64,000 nt of DNA from Smithellaceae bacterium (GCA_963667845.2 CAXXVL010000001.1:160001-224000), one strand, 5' to 3'; counted from the stretch's first letter, positions 39,425 to 50,309 are shown. Numbers and translations are program-made. Notes: generated by a model not told the origin, from the letters alone.

Positions 39425-39482
39425 AATCAACCACCTCGCAGCAAGCTGCGGAGAATTAACGCTCGTCCCGCTTAAGCGGGAT
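39425..39482 (-). repeat. REP-like repeat family B, short copy (inverted)
   Basis: AATCAACCACCTCGCAGCAAGCT...AACGCTCGTCCCGCTTAAGCGGGAT. Confidence 0.9.
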
Positions 39483-39522
39483 CAAAACGAAGTCCATCTA
39501 TAAGTAAAAGGAGGAACACATC

Positions 39523-40425
39523 ATGACTAAAGTATTGAGAGTGATTATCTTTCTGGGTGCCGTAGCCATCGGCGGCCAATTGCTGTTCTCAGGAACCTTG
39601 TCGGCGGCGGAATCGGGAAGCGCGGGACAGGCTAAAATCGTCCAGAGCGGAGCGATTCTGACTGTGGCCGAATCCAAGAGGCTGATCGGCAAGGCTGTGG
39701 CACAGATGCCGGTTGTGAGGAGTGCTCTTGCCAACGGTATGGTTATCGTCATTAAGGGGACGACCAATGCCTACGTTGCGGAGGAGATCGCCGGGAATAA
39801 ATCCAATCATGCAGCTTTTGTGACGGGAAGAATTGAACCCGAAAAAGGGACCAAATACCTGCCCAAGACCAAACCCGTCAATCACCTGATCCTGGAAAAA
39901 GGCAAGGTCCTTGATATTTCCCTGGAGGAGGCCGCGAAAAAACTGAAGCGAGGCGATGTTGTGATCAAGGGGGCGAATGCCCTGGATTACAAGAACAAGC
40001 TAGCTGCGGTCAATATCCTCCATCCCGAAGGCGGAACAACGGGAACCACTATGCCCATCATCGTGGCACGCAAGGTTAACCTTATCATTCCGATCGGGCT
40101 GGAGAAGCTGGTTGCGGGTGATCTCGTGGATCTGACCCTGAAGATGCGCGACCCGATGGAGACTTTGTCTCCCCCGGCCGGCAGTTGGAAGGGGCTATTT
40201 CCCGGGCACAATATTCCCTCCATGTGGCTCCTGACCGGAGAAATTGTGACGGAGCTGGAAGCCATTAAGATATTGACGGGAGCAGAGGCCTTCCAGTGCA
40301 GCGCCGGCGGTGTCAGCGGAGCGGAGGGGAGCGTATGGATTGTTTTTCGCGGAACCCGGGATCAGGTAAAGAAGGCCCTGGAATTGACAAAATCCGTCCA
40401 GGGGGAACCTCCTTACACTGAATAG
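39523..40425 (+). CDS. Exported hypothetical protein, possible RpiA/CoA-transferase-like fold
   Basis: RBS AGGAGG; signal peptide; KGTTN and DVVIKGANAL motifs. Confidence 0.8.
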   Translation: MTKVLRVIIFLGAVAIGGQLLFSGTLSAAESGSAGQAKIVQSGAILTVAESKRLIGKAVAQMPVVRSALANGMVIVIKGTTNAYVAEEIAGNKSNHAAFVTGRIEPEKGTKYLPKTKPVNHLILEKGKVLDISLEEAAKKLKRGDVVIKGANALDYKNKLAAVNILHPEGGTTGTTMPIIVARKVNLIIPIGLEKLVAGDLVDLTLKMRDPMETLSPPAGSWKGLFPGHNIPSMWLLTGEIVTELEAIKILTGAEAFQCSAGGVSGAEGSVWIVFRGTRDQVKKALELTKSVQGEPPYTE

Positions 40426-40482
40426 GAAATTACCGGGGCGTGAAAGAGGAACGCTCCTGAAACTGTCAGTTCATGGTAAAAG

Positions 40483-40512
40483 AAAAGCCGGGAGTCGCCG
40501 CCCGGCTTTTTT
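40483..40512. terminator. Bidirectional terminator
   Basis: AAAAGCCGGG...CCCGGCTTTTTT between convergent genes. Confidence 0.8.
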
Positions 40513-40693
40513 CCGGTGTGGAATGGCTTCATCAGGCGCGCCGCTCCTCTTCTCCCGGTCCACATTATTTTGATATTTTGTGTCTTTGTCTTCAGGAGAC
40601 ATAACACTTAATTCCGAATTACCTTTGCATTATCAAAAAACTTAAAATTTTAGGGGCGTTCTTTCTCTTCTCTCATCGGCTCTCATTGCCGCT

Positions 40694-41026
40694 TCAGAGA
40701 TTGCCTGTTTTTTTCTTACCGGCCTCAGCAATCGCAATCATTGACGCCGCTGTGGCATCGCCGACGACCTGCAGCAGATCCTTCTGGTCCAACGAGACAA
40801 TTAATGATCTCTTGCTGTTTAATTCTTCCAGGACTCTGGCAATAATCCGGTCTTCGGTAGAGCGGTCGATTTCGAGCTCTTTGAGCTTTTGCATATCAGC
40901 CCCGTCAGGAAAATGGAAATTCATCTTATGATCATTTTCCTCATGGCCAACATTATTCTGATCTATGTGTTCTTTGATCTCCGCGATCATGAACCTCACT
41001 GTAGTATGAACATTTTCCCAACTCAT
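40694..41026 (-). CDS. Hypothetical protein
   Basis: RBS AGGAG; 110-aa helical ORF. Confidence 0.7.
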   Translation of the reverse strand: MSWENVHTTVRFMIAEIKEHIDQNNVGHEENDHKMNFHFPDGADMQKLKELEIDRSTEDRIIARVLEELNSKRSLIVSLDQKDLLQVVGDATAASMIAIAEAGKKKTGNL

Positions 41027-41428
41027 GAATTGCTCCTGTCAATATTCAATCAGCGTCACGCCTTTTTCTGATGAATTACAGCAATCACCGGATATATGCA
41101 AATGAATTCACCAAATAATAGATGAGCCGGGAAGAGACTTGCCCTTCGCGCTCCGGAACGGACCAATTCAGTCTTGTTTTCCGATATTTGCTTCACAACT
41201 AAACAACAACCGGTCCTGGAATCCAAGTTTCCGGCCGCTATTTTCCGGGCGGTCTTTATGGTGACGGAGTCATTGAATTGTGATAGAAAGAAACGAAAAG
41301 GATGTGTTCCAAAACCTGCTGGCGCGCATTCTGCAAATCACTGGCGCGATGCAGCGGCAACCCGTGAGAATGTATCCCATCGGGGCATTGATGATTCGAG
41401 ACTGATCAAATATCGTTAAAGAGGCCTT

Positions 41429-42172
41429 GTGAAAAAACCGGTGAAAAAAATATTGATCGCTTTCAGTGTCGCAATCGGTCTTGTGGTCTTGCTTTGCGGC
41501 GCGTTTGTTGTCAAACTTGCCGTCGAAGTCGGCAAAATGTCTTCAATGAAAACACAAAAAGTCACTGACGGCGTCTATGCCGTCCAGGACAAATTCGGCA
41601 ACCTGTTTCTCATTAAAAGCGGTGACCGGTATATTGCTGTCGATGCGGGGGATAATACGAAAAATGTTCGGCGGGAGTTGGCCAAATTACGAATCGATCC
41701 GAAAAAAGTTGTGGCCGTGCTGCTGACGCATACGGACTCCGATCACATTGCGGCGCTGGATCTCTTTTCCAACGCCTCGATATATATTTCCAAAGCCGAA
41801 GAACAAATGATTAATGGACAAACCTTCCGCACCCTATTTTTTAATAATAAATTCGATTACAAGTATAATACGCTGGAAGACAATCAGGTGATCGAATTGG
41901 CGGGATTAAAGGTCAGGGGGATTTTAACCCCCGGTCACACACCCGGCTCGATGTGTTACCTGATCAATGACACCTATTTATTTACGGGCGATTCCCTGAG
42001 TTTAAGAAACGGGAAGGTCGACATTATGAACGACTTCTTCAATATGGATTCTGAAGCGCAGCGGGTATCTCTCAAGAAGCTGGCAGCTCTGCCGGACGCG
42101 AAATATATTTTTACAGCGCATTATGGATTTACAGATCATTATCAAAACGCTTTTGACGGCTGGAAGAATTGA
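41429..42172 (+). CDS. Membrane-anchored MBL-fold metallo-hydrolase
   Basis: N-terminal TM; VDAG, THTDSDH, TPGHTPGS, FTGD and TAH motifs. Confidence 0.9.
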   Translation: MKKPVKKILIAFSVAIGLVVLLCGAFVVKLAVEVGKMSSMKTQKVTDGVYAVQDKFGNLFLIKSGDRYIAVDAGDNTKNVRRELAKLRIDPKKVVAVLLTHTDSDHIAALDLFSNASIYISKAEEQMINGQTFRTLFFNNKFDYKYNTLEDNQVIELAGLKVRGILTPGHTPGSMCYLINDTYLFTGDSLSLRNGKVDIMNDFFNMDSEAQRVSLKKLAALPDAKYIFTAHYGFTDHYQNAFDGWKN

Positions 42173-42270
42173 GCGGCTTCGGGACAGCGTTATTGCCGCG
42201 AATGAGCACGGTGCATAAGAAGAGCATAAGTTTCCGGATCAAAAATAATTCAAATGAAAGAGGTATCAAG

Positions 42271-43038
42271 ATGAGCCAGACGGTTTTAAAAGAATCAAAA
42301 GACGGTATTCTGTTGTTGACACTGAACCGGCCCGACAAAAAAAACGCGTTTAACGCCGAGCAGTGGAAGGCGCTGGCCGCGGAGCTGGATGCCGCACGTG
42401 AAGATGACGACGTCACCGTGGTTGTTCTCACAGGCGCGGGCATTGATTTTTCGGCAGGTCAGGACTTGAAGGATTCCGTAGTTTCCGGGGCGCTCTTAAG
42501 TTACCGGATTCTGGAGCGCGCCGTCATCGACTTTGACAAACCGCTCATCGCGGCGGCCCGGGGCGTTGCCGTCGGAGGAGGCGCGACCATTCTGTTCCAT
42601 TGCGATGTGGTTTACGTGGGTGAAAGCCTGCGCCTGCGCATGCCGTTTAACAGTCTGGCGATGGCGCCCGAATTTGCCAGCAGCTACATGCTGCAGGCGA
42701 TCGTCGGACCGCAGCGCGCGGCTGAATTCCTGATGACGGCCCAATGGATTGACGCCGAAAAGGCGGTGGCGTCGGGAATCGCCTCACGCAAGTTCACGGA
42801 TGATGAGCTTCTGCCCAGGGCCATGGCGAAGGCAGCCGAGATCGCGCAGTGGCCGCTGATTTCTCTCCGGGAAACCAAACGGTGCCTGAAGATGGCGCAT
42901 AAGGCGGGAATAGACGCCGCCATTAAAACTGAACATGAGGCCATGGACAGGCTCTCCGATACGCCGGAAAAGACCGAGGCTGTGACGGCCTTCATTGAAA
43001 AGCGAAAGCCGGATTTCCGCAACCTGAGAAAGAAGTAG
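42271..43038 (+). CDS. Enoyl-CoA hydratase/isomerase family
   Basis: LNRPDKKNA, FSAGQDL, KPLIAA..G.AVGGG, PEF and AFIEKRKPDF motifs. Confidence 0.93.
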   Translation: MSQTVLKESKDGILLLTLNRPDKKNAFNAEQWKALAAELDAAREDDDVTVVVLTGAGIDFSAGQDLKDSVVSGALLSYRILERAVIDFDKPLIAAARGVAVGGGATILFHCDVVYVGESLRLRMPFNSLAMAPEFASSYMLQAIVGPQRAAEFLMTAQWIDAEKAVASGIASRKFTDDELLPRAMAKAAEIAQWPLISLRETKRCLKMAHKAGIDAAIKTEHEAMDRLSDTPEKTEAVTAFIEKRKPDFRNLRKK

Positions 43039-43149
43039 CACGAAAAGCGTTTGATGATTTGGCAAGGAGTGCGCTGCAGCCCGCTGCGATGGAGGCTTTT
43101 GTTTTCGGAATTGCCGCTGGCCGACCGGGTCTCTTTTCAGGAGCAGGCT

Positions 43150-44040
43150 CTACGTCGCCCAATACCTTCCCGCGTCATCAGCGGCCGCCATGCCTTTCTT
43201 CATCAGCCTGTCCAGGTGCTTTGCCAGCATGGCCTTCTCCCAATACTCAACGAAGATTGTGGGATGTGCGGGGTAGATGATCATTTTCCCGGCCAGCTCA
43301 GCAATGGTGCTCGGCCTTTCCCGGAGGGCTGCCAAAACCTTCTCGTCGCGCCGGTAAATCCGCCCCTTGTATTCCTCAAATGCCTCACGGACACGCGGCG
43401 CGGCTAAAATCTCCTTGTTGTGCCCGGAGACAACGCGGTCCGGTTTCATTGCGATGATCCGGTCGATGGACGCGATGAAATCATCCACGGGCGTCGCGGC
43501 GTCACCATACCAGGGGCCGACCTTTGTCAGGCAGATATCGCCGCAGAAGAGCAGACCTTCGTCGGGAAAGAGGAACGTCAGATGGCCCGATGTATGCCCG
43601 GGCATGTGCATGACATGAATTCTTGTTCTTCCGGCGTCGATCACGTCTCCTTCATCAATAGTTCCGTCGACGCGCCACTCTTCCATAAAGGAGGGCTTCA
43701 TCGCGCCGATGAGATGGGCAAACTCCTCGGGGTCCTCCTTCATGTACTTTTCCCAGTTATCGATTGAACCGATCTTCATGTGGTCCCGGAAGTTCTCCTG
43801 CTCCAGCGGATGGGTGATGATCCGGGCATTGACGAAGAGATCGTTATCCCACACGTGGTCCAGGTGGCAGTGGGAGTTGATGAGGATATCGACGTCTTCC
43901 GGCCTGGCCTGCTCCATAATCTTACCCGCACCGCTGTCAATCATGACGCGTGTATCATCGTCGATGAGCACGGCGTTGGATTTGCTGAACCCTTCTTCGG
44001 TAAAAAATATCGATATTCTGTCATTTATTTTTTGAATCAT
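43150..44040 (-). CDS. MBL-fold metallo-hydrolase with C-terminal wHTH-like tail
   Basis: SHCHLDH, PGHTSGH, CGD and SGH motifs. Confidence 0.92.
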   Translation of the reverse strand: MIQKINDRISIFFTEEGFSKSNAVLIDDDTRVMIDSGAGKIMEQARPEDVDILINSHCHLDHVWDNDLFVNARIITHPLEQENFRDHMKIGSIDNWEKYMKEDPEEFAHLIGAMKPSFMEEWRVDGTIDEGDVIDAGRTRIHVMHMPGHTSGHLTFLFPDEGLLFCGDICLTKVGPWYGDAATPVDDFIASIDRIIAMKPDRVVSGHNKEILAAPRVREAFEEYKGRIYRRDEKVLAALRERPSTIAELAGKMIIYPAHPTIFVEYWEKAMLAKHLDRLMKKGMAAADDAGRYWAT

Positions 44041-44074
44041 CTTTTATTGCTCCTTAAAAAAGGACATTGCCGGG

Positions 44075-45283
44075 CTACTTGCGCAGGGCCATGACATCTT
44101 TGCAGCCGAGCATGTAATCCTTCGGCGCTATCGTCACGATATCGGAAGCAATTAGAAACGGATAGTGCGGGGACTTCCCGGTCACGCCGAAAAACATCGG
44201 CAGCAGAAGCTGGTGATCGCAGGCCCGGAGCTCCAGCGGACCGACGGGGCTCGCGATGACCATTCCCTCGAGCGCGTCGATCAATTTTTCCTTATCTATC
44301 TTACCGGCCCTGACGTAAGCCTTTTCCAGGAGCATGCCGACTGCGTATCCATAGAGCGCACCCGCCTTGGGGTATCGGTTATAATTTGCCCGAAAGTCTT
44401 TTACAAAGGTTTTGTTTTCGGGGGTGTCGGGATAAAAGAAAAGGTAATTTGCCGTGCCATAGATTCCGGCAGGGGCGGCGGATCCCTGGGGCTCGAGCGT
44501 GGAAAGTTCTATGCCGGTGTGCTGATAAAAGGGGATCTTCTTCTCCAATCCGGCGGCTTTCGCCGCCTGCTGGAAGCTGACCATGCTTGCGCCGCCTGTG
44601 GCAACAATGATGAAATCCGGTTTGGCGTGAAGGATAGCGCTGATGTAAGGTGTAAAATCCGTGGTACCTACTTTCCACCATGATTCGCTGAGTTTCCGGA
44701 CAGCGGGTTTTAATGTTTTCAAATGATTCCAAAGGTCATCGGCAATGGCGTGCCCATATTCATAATCATCGCCGGCAATCCAATACGTAAGGAAAGGCCT
44801 TTTGGCCAGGGCGGTCGCTGCAGCGCGGCCGGCCATCTGCGTGTTGTCCGTGGCCATGAAGACATAGCGGTGGCCTTTCTCCCCGCTGATTTTGTCGCTT
44901 TTGCCATAGGTGACGATAAACGGAATCTTTTCGTCTCTGGCGAAGCCGGAAACGGCCAGGGACGAGCCGCTGTTGAGCGTACCGACCAGGACATCAACCT
45001 TTTCCCGGAAAACGAGTTCTCTGGCCATAGCCAGCGCAAGATCCGGTGTAAACTTGTCATCTCTCGCGACAAACTCGATCTTCTTTCCCAGGATGCCTCC
45101 CCGGGCATTCACTTTGTTTGCGGCCATTTTAAAACCATCGAGAACGTCAAACGTAAAAGCCGCTGCCGGACCCGTGTAGGTGTCTACAAACCCCACTTTG
45201 ATCGTATCCCCCGCAAAAGAGCCGGAGGCGCCTGTGAGTCCAAAAAGAAGAAGGCTTATTGCAATGAAGATAATGTGTTTCAT
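44075..45283 (-). CDS. ABC substrate-binding protein (branched-chain amino acid/LivJ-like)
   Basis: Signal peptide; IKVG..TYTG.AA, NARGGILG.KIE...RDD, DYEYG and TDFTPYI motifs. Confidence 0.92.
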   Translation of the reverse strand: MKHIIFIAISLLLFGLTGASGSFAGDTIKVGFVDTYTGPAAAFTFDVLDGFKMAANKVNARGGILGKKIEFVARDDKFTPDLALAMARELVFREKVDVLVGTLNSGSSLAVSGFARDEKIPFIVTYGKSDKISGEKGHRYVFMATDNTQMAGRAAATALAKRPFLTYWIAGDDYEYGHAIADDLWNHLKTLKPAVRKLSESWWKVGTTDFTPYISAILHAKPDFIIVATGGASMVSFQQAAKAAGLEKKIPFYQHTGIELSTLEPQGSAAPAGIYGTANYLFFYPDTPENKTFVKDFRANYNRYPKAGALYGYAVGMLLEKAYVRAGKIDKEKLIDALEGMVIASPVGPLELRACDHQLLLPMFFGVTGKSPHYPFLIASDIVTIAPKDYMLGCKDVMALRK

Positions 45284-45456
45284 AACAGAATCCTTTTGTA
45301 TAAGAACGCCTTGCGGCTCTGACGATCCGAAAGCAAGCTGTCGCCTTTGATGGGGTGATAAACGGCAACCGATCTGTTCAGGATAACAAAACGCACTCGT
45401 CAGGGATCAATCATAGTCCCGTCCTGAAAGAACGGAGATCCGCCGCCGCAATTCTT

Positions 45457-46764
45457 TTACACCAGATACATGTTTTCCGCTTCCCTGAGCAGATCATCCC
45501 GGAAACGGGGATGCGCCAGGCTGATCACGGCCAGGGCTCTGCCGCGGGTGGATTTGCCTTTCAGGTTGACGATGCCGTACTCCGTGGCCAGGTAGTGCGT
45601 ATCCATCCTTGGTACGGTGATCGCGTTGCCCACGCCTAGACGCGGCACGATGCGGGACAGCGCGCCGTCGTGCGCCGTCGAGTAAAAGGCGATGATGGAT
45701 TTTCCACCCTGCGAGTTGAATGCGCCGCGCACAAAATCAAGCTGACCGCCGGTGCCCGAATACTGCGCTCCGTCAAGCGTTTCCGAATTGCACTGTCCCA
45801 GCAGATCCACCTCGATGGTGGCGTTGACGGAGATGAAATTGTCCTGCCTGGCGATGTTGACCGGGTCGTTCACATACGACACCGGATAGCTTTCGCAACC
45901 CGGATTGTCATGGATGAACTCATAGAGTTCTTTGTCGCCCAGGGCATTGGTGAAAACGTGTTTGCGGGGATTCAGAATCTTTCTGCGTCCGGTGACCGCC
46001 CCTTGTTTAATCAACTTCATCAAAGCCGGATTGAAGAGCTCACTGTGGATGCCCAGGTCTTTTCGATCGCTTAAGAATTCGCAGACTTTGGCGGGAATGC
46101 CGCCGATTCCCACTTGCAGACTTGCTCCGTCGGGAATCTCGGCCGCAACAATACGCGCGATGGCTTCGGCCTCGGGCTTGGGTGTCGAAAAAGCGATTTC
46201 AAAAAGCGGAGTGTTGTTCTCCACGATCGCGTCTACTTCCGACACATGCAGCAGGGAATCGCCGAAGACACGCGGCATGTTCTCGTTCACTTCGACAATC
46301 AGGGTTTTGCAGCATCTGGCCGCCGTCGAGATGTAATCGTTTACCGTGCCGAACGTGAAGAATCCGTTTGGGTCCATGGGGGATACGGTCGTCACCGTGA
46401 CATCCACTTCCATAAACTCCCGGATCAATCGGGGGATCTGGTGGAATAGATTGGGAATATAATAGTCCAGTCCGACGTGAACAAATCCACGGTTCGAGGG
46501 TGAGACAAACCACGAAAACGCCGTCAGGCAGTCTCTGAATTCCGGCGCCAGATAGGTGGCGGCGGCGTGCTTCGACGGCAGCAGTGTATAGATCTCAATG
46601 CCCTTTAAATCGCCGTCTCTCAGCCTTCCGGCGATGGCGCTGAGCAGGGCCGGCGGTTCGGCAGACGCCATTCCATGAATAATCCTGCCGCCGTTCGGAA
46701 TTGAGGCGACGGCCTTCTCGGGTGTCATCAGCTTTTTTTGGTAAAGATCGCGGTATTGGGACAT
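45457..46764 (-). CDS. Acetyl-CoA hydrolase/transferase (4-hydroxybutyrate CoA-transferase-like)
   Basis: [36 protein letters not shown] and ATEYG motifs. Confidence 0.93.
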   Translation of the reverse strand: MSQYRDLYQKKLMTPEKAVASIPNGGRIIHGMASAEPPALLSAIAGRLRDGDLKGIEIYTLLPSKHAAATYLAPEFRDCLTAFSWFVSPSNRGFVHVGLDYYIPNLFHQIPRLIREFMEVDVTVTTVSPMDPNGFFTFGTVNDYISTAARCCKTLIVEVNENMPRVFGDSLLHVSEVDAIVENNTPLFEIAFSTPKPEAEAIARIVAAEIPDGASLQVGIGGIPAKVCEFLSDRKDLGIHSELFNPALMKLIKQGAVTGRRKILNPRKHVFTNALGDKELYEFIHDNPGCESYPVSYVNDPVNIARQDNFISVNATIEVDLLGQCNSETLDGAQYSGTGGQLDFVRGAFNSQGGKSIIAFYSTAHDGALSRIVPRLGVGNAITVPRMDTHYLATEYGIVNLKGKSTRGRALAVISLAHPRFRDDLLREAENMYLV

Positions 46765-47321
46765 GTGCCACCTCGCAAGTACGGCCACAGAGAGATATTT
46801 TTATTGACGATAAGACATACGAATAACGCTCCGGCGTGTCAATTAATTTTTCATTTAAGCCCATATGGCTGCCCGGGGTTCCGCTGGAAGGAATCGGCTT
46901 AAATTTCCCGCAGCTCTCCGCTTTCTATCGAGCCGGCGACCATGGCAGCAAGGGCTTTCCGATCTATTGGCGCAGGAAAAGGTTGGGCAAGTCACTGATC
47001 ATCGTAGATAAAACCACTTGGAACATTTCCCTACCAATTGCCTATCAATGAACTAATATTGTCATTTGCAGTGAAGCATTCAAAATTAATCTCAAGCGAC
47101 AACTTGCGGTGCAGGAATCAGGAGCCTTAGGGGAACAGAGTTTCGGCATCAAGTGCCGCGCGGCAATCGCCGGCCCGGCCCGGTCCCCGCGCCTCGAAAG
47201 AGGGATTCCTGTGACTCAACAAAGGATACAGGGAATTTTTCGCGGCGTAAATTTGATTTGAGGCGGGCTGTCCCGCCAATAACCGGATTTCGAAATTTGT
47301 TTGTCAGAAAGGATGATAGCA

Positions 47322-50183
47322 ATGGGTCTGGCAGAAAAACAAGCCGAGGGTGTTCGTGAAATAAATATTGATTCCTCTCAATCGATTGACGCTTTGATGA
47401 AAATTATTAAAGAGCTTGTGACCGAACTTCACCCGACCTGGTCAAAACACAGAAAAATATTGCCGAACAGTTTGTTGTCGCAGGATTTGGGACTGGATAG
47501 TCTCGCAAGGGTAGAGCTTCTGGCGCGTATTGAAAGAAATCTGGAGGTAAATCTCCCGGAGGAAAATTTCATCACCGCGGAAACCGCCCGCGATCTGTGG
47601 AAGGCGATTGCCGATGCGGGGCATTCTTTCAAGCCGGCAGCCTATGAAGAGACCAAAACAGAGGAAATCGGCGAGGCGCATGATCTGCCGCACGATGCCG
47701 AGACCCTGATCGATGTCCTCGACTGGCATGTTGAGCATAACCCGGACCGGCCCCATCTTCGTCTGTATAATGATAAAGATGAAATCGAAGAGCTGACGTA
47801 CCGGCAGCTGAGTGAAGGGGCGCGTGCAGTGGCTGCCGGCATTCAGGCCAGAGGACTGCTGCCGGGGGATACCGTTTCGATTATGCTGCCCACCGGCCGT
47901 GAATATTTCTTTACGTTTCTGGGGATTCTGCTTGCCGGCGGCATACCGGTTCCCATCTATCCGCCCTTTCGCTTAAACCAGCTTGAGGACCATATGCGCC
48001 GCCACAGCACGATTCTCCAGAGTTGCAGCGCCAAAATGATGATCACGATTCCGGAAGCAAAGGCCTTTGCGCATGTCCTCAAGGCGCAGGTAGAGAGCAT
48101 GGATACTGTGGCCACGGTCCGGGAATTAACGTCGAACCATGCCCTGTATAGAATGTACGACCCGGCTTCGACCGAGACTGCCTTTCTCCAATATACATCC
48201 GGCAGCACCGGCAACCCCAAAGGCGTCACGCTCACCCACGCCAATCTGCTGGCCAACATCCGGGCGTTGGGGGAGGTAGTGAAAGTGAAGTCTACGGATG
48301 TGATCGTGAGCTGGCTGCCCTTGTATCATGATATGGGCCTCATCGGAACGTGGATGAGCAGCCTCTATTATGCGGCCATGCTCGTGGTCATGTCTCCTTT
48401 GAGTTTCATTGCCCGGCCGCACCGCTGGCTTTGGGCCATTCACCATCACCACGGCACCATCTCGGCCGCTCCCAATTTTGCCTATGAGTTATGTCTGAAA
48501 AGGATCGTGGATGAGGATATCAAGGGTCTCGATCTGTCTTCCTGGAGAATTGCCTGCAACGGCGCCGAGCCGGTAAGCCCCGATACCGTGGAGAATTTCT
48601 GCGGCCGCTTCGCTGCATACGGCTTTCAGCGCGAAGCGATGATGCCGGTTTACGGGCTTGCGGAATGTTCGGTCGGCCTGGCTTTTCCGCCGCTGAATCG
48701 CGGCCCTCTTGTTGACCGGATCAACCGCGACGTTTTTGTCAATCTCGGCCATGCAGTTCCTTCGGATGAAGCGGATGATCTCGTTCTGCGGTTTGTTGCC
48801 TGCGGCCACCCGCTGCCCGGCCATGAGGTGCGCATCGTCGACGCAAGTGAACGGGAATTGCCGGAGCGCCATGAAGGAATGCTTCATTTCCGCGGACCTT
48901 CGGCTACAGCCGGTTACTACCACAACGCTGAAGATACGCAGGCGCTCTTTCACGGCGACTGGCTCGATTCCGGGGATATGGCCTACATCGTAGGCGGCGA
49001 TATATTTATTACGGGACGGAAAAAAGACATCATCATCCGTGCGGGCCGAAACATCTATCCCCAGGAGCTCGAAGAAGCCGTGGGCAACGTGGCCGGCATC
49101 AGGAAGGGGAATGTTGTCGTCTTTGCCTCCCGCGACACCGTCAATCAAACGGAGAAGCTGGTGGTGATGGCGGAGACCCGTGAAGACGACCCCGAAAAGC
49201 TAAGTGCTCTCAAAGAACGCATCAACGCGCTCGCCATGGATCTGGTCGGAACCGCCGCCGATGAAGTAGCGCTGGTGCATCCGGGGACCGTCCTTAAAAC
49301 CTCCAGCGGAAAAGTCCGCCGGGCCGCCAGCCGCGCTCTTTTTGAAAGCGGTGAGACTAGCCGGAAAACCAGGGCGGCGTGGCAGCAGATGGTGCGCATT
49401 GCCGCATCCGGAGTTTTGCCGGAAATCCGCCGCATGAAGCATGAAGCGGCAAATGCAGTTTATGCAGCATACTGCCTGGCGCTCTTCAGCCTCTCGGCGC
49501 CCCTGGTATGGCTTTGTGTCCTTTGCCTGCCCACACTCGAGTGGCGGTGGGCGGTGATGAGGAAAACGGCGCGGTTTCTGGCAGGGGCGACATTTACGCC
49601 CATTGACGTGCAGGGGATGGAAAATCTCACCGGCATCGGATCCTGCGTGCTGGTTTCCAATCATGCCAGTTATCTGGATAATATGGTGATGGTTGCCACG
49701 CTGCCGATGAAATTCCGGTTTGTGGCCAAAGGCGAGCTGAAAAGGCACTGGTTTACGAGGACGTTTCTGGAACGCATCGGAGCCGAATTCGTGGAGCGCG
49801 ATGATCTCCAGAAAAGCCTCGAAGACGCCCGCCGGTTTTCGCAGACGGCGCGTGACGCGCGCAATCTGCTCTTCTACCCGGAAGGAACGTTCACGCGCAT
49901 CCCGGGGCTTCGTCCTTTTTATCTGGGCGCCTTCAAGGTGTCGGTAGAAAACGATCTGCCGGTTGTTCCTATTGCGATTCGCGGCACGCGCTCCATGCTT
50001 CGGGATGTCAGCCTGTTTACCCACCGGGGCAAGATCAGCGTCACGATCGGAAACCGCATTGAACCCCGCCAATTGCAGGACCCGGCCGCGCCGGACGTTT
50101 GGGCGACGGCCATAAAGATGCGCAATGCCGCCCGGGCCCATATCCTCACGTACTGCGGTGAGCCGGATCTTGCGAGCCACTGA
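47322..50183 (+). CDS. ACP - fatty acyl-AMP ligase - PlsC acyltransferase fusion
   Basis: LGLDSL (Ppant Ser), FLQYTSGSTGNPKG, SWLPLYHDMGLIG, YGLAE, KTSSGK, NHASYLD and YPEGT motifs. Confidence 0.93.
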   Translation: MGLAEKQAEGVREINIDSSQSIDALMKIIKELVTELHPTWSKHRKILPNSLLSQDLGLDSLARVELLARIERNLEVNLPEENFITAETARDLWKAIADAGHSFKPAAYEETKTEEIGEAHDLPHDAETLIDVLDWHVEHNPDRPHLRLYNDKDEIEELTYRQLSEGARAVAAGIQARGLLPGDTVSIMLPTGREYFFTFLGILLAGGIPVPIYPPFRLNQLEDHMRRHSTILQSCSAKMMITIPEAKAFAHVLKAQVESMDTVATVRELTSNHALYRMYDPASTETAFLQYTSGSTGNPKGVTLTHANLLANIRALGEVVKVKSTDVIVSWLPLYHDMGLIGTWMSSLYYAAMLVVMSPLSFIARPHRWLWAIHHHHGTISAAPNFAYELCLKRIVDEDIKGLDLSSWRIACNGAEPVSPDTVENFCGRFAAYGFQREAMMPVYGLAECSVGLAFPPLNRGPLVDRINRDVFVNLGHAVPSDEADDLVLRFVACGHPLPGHEVRIVDASERELPERHEGMLHFRGPSATAGYYHNAEDTQALFHGDWLDSGDMAYIVGGDIFITGRKKDIIIRAGRNIYPQELEEAVGNVAGIRKGNVVVFASRDTVNQTEKLVVMAETREDDPEKLSALKERINALAMDLVGTAADEVALVHPGTVLKTSSGKVRRAASRALFESGETSRKTRAAWQQMVRIAASGVLPEIRRMKHEAANAVYAAYCLALFSLSAPLVWLCVLCLPTLEWRWAVMRKTARFLAGATFTPIDVQGMENLTGIGSCVLVSNHASYLDNMVMVATLPMKFRFVAKGELKRHWFTRTFLERIGAEFVERDDLQKSLEDARRFSQTARDARNLLFYPEGTFTRIPGLRPFYLGAFKVSVENDLPVVPIAIRGTRSMLRDVSLFTHRGKISVTIGNRIEPRQLQDPAAPDVWATAIKMRNAARAHILTYCGEPDLASH

Positions 50184-50309
50184 TCCGGCTTCGGTAGGAC
50201 CGGGGGGAGACGGAATTCCATGCCTGCATGAGATTACCGGTCTATTTACGGTATGATCAATAATATGTTGCTATCTGGTTGAATAGATGATACTCAGCGC
50301 TTGTCAGTG

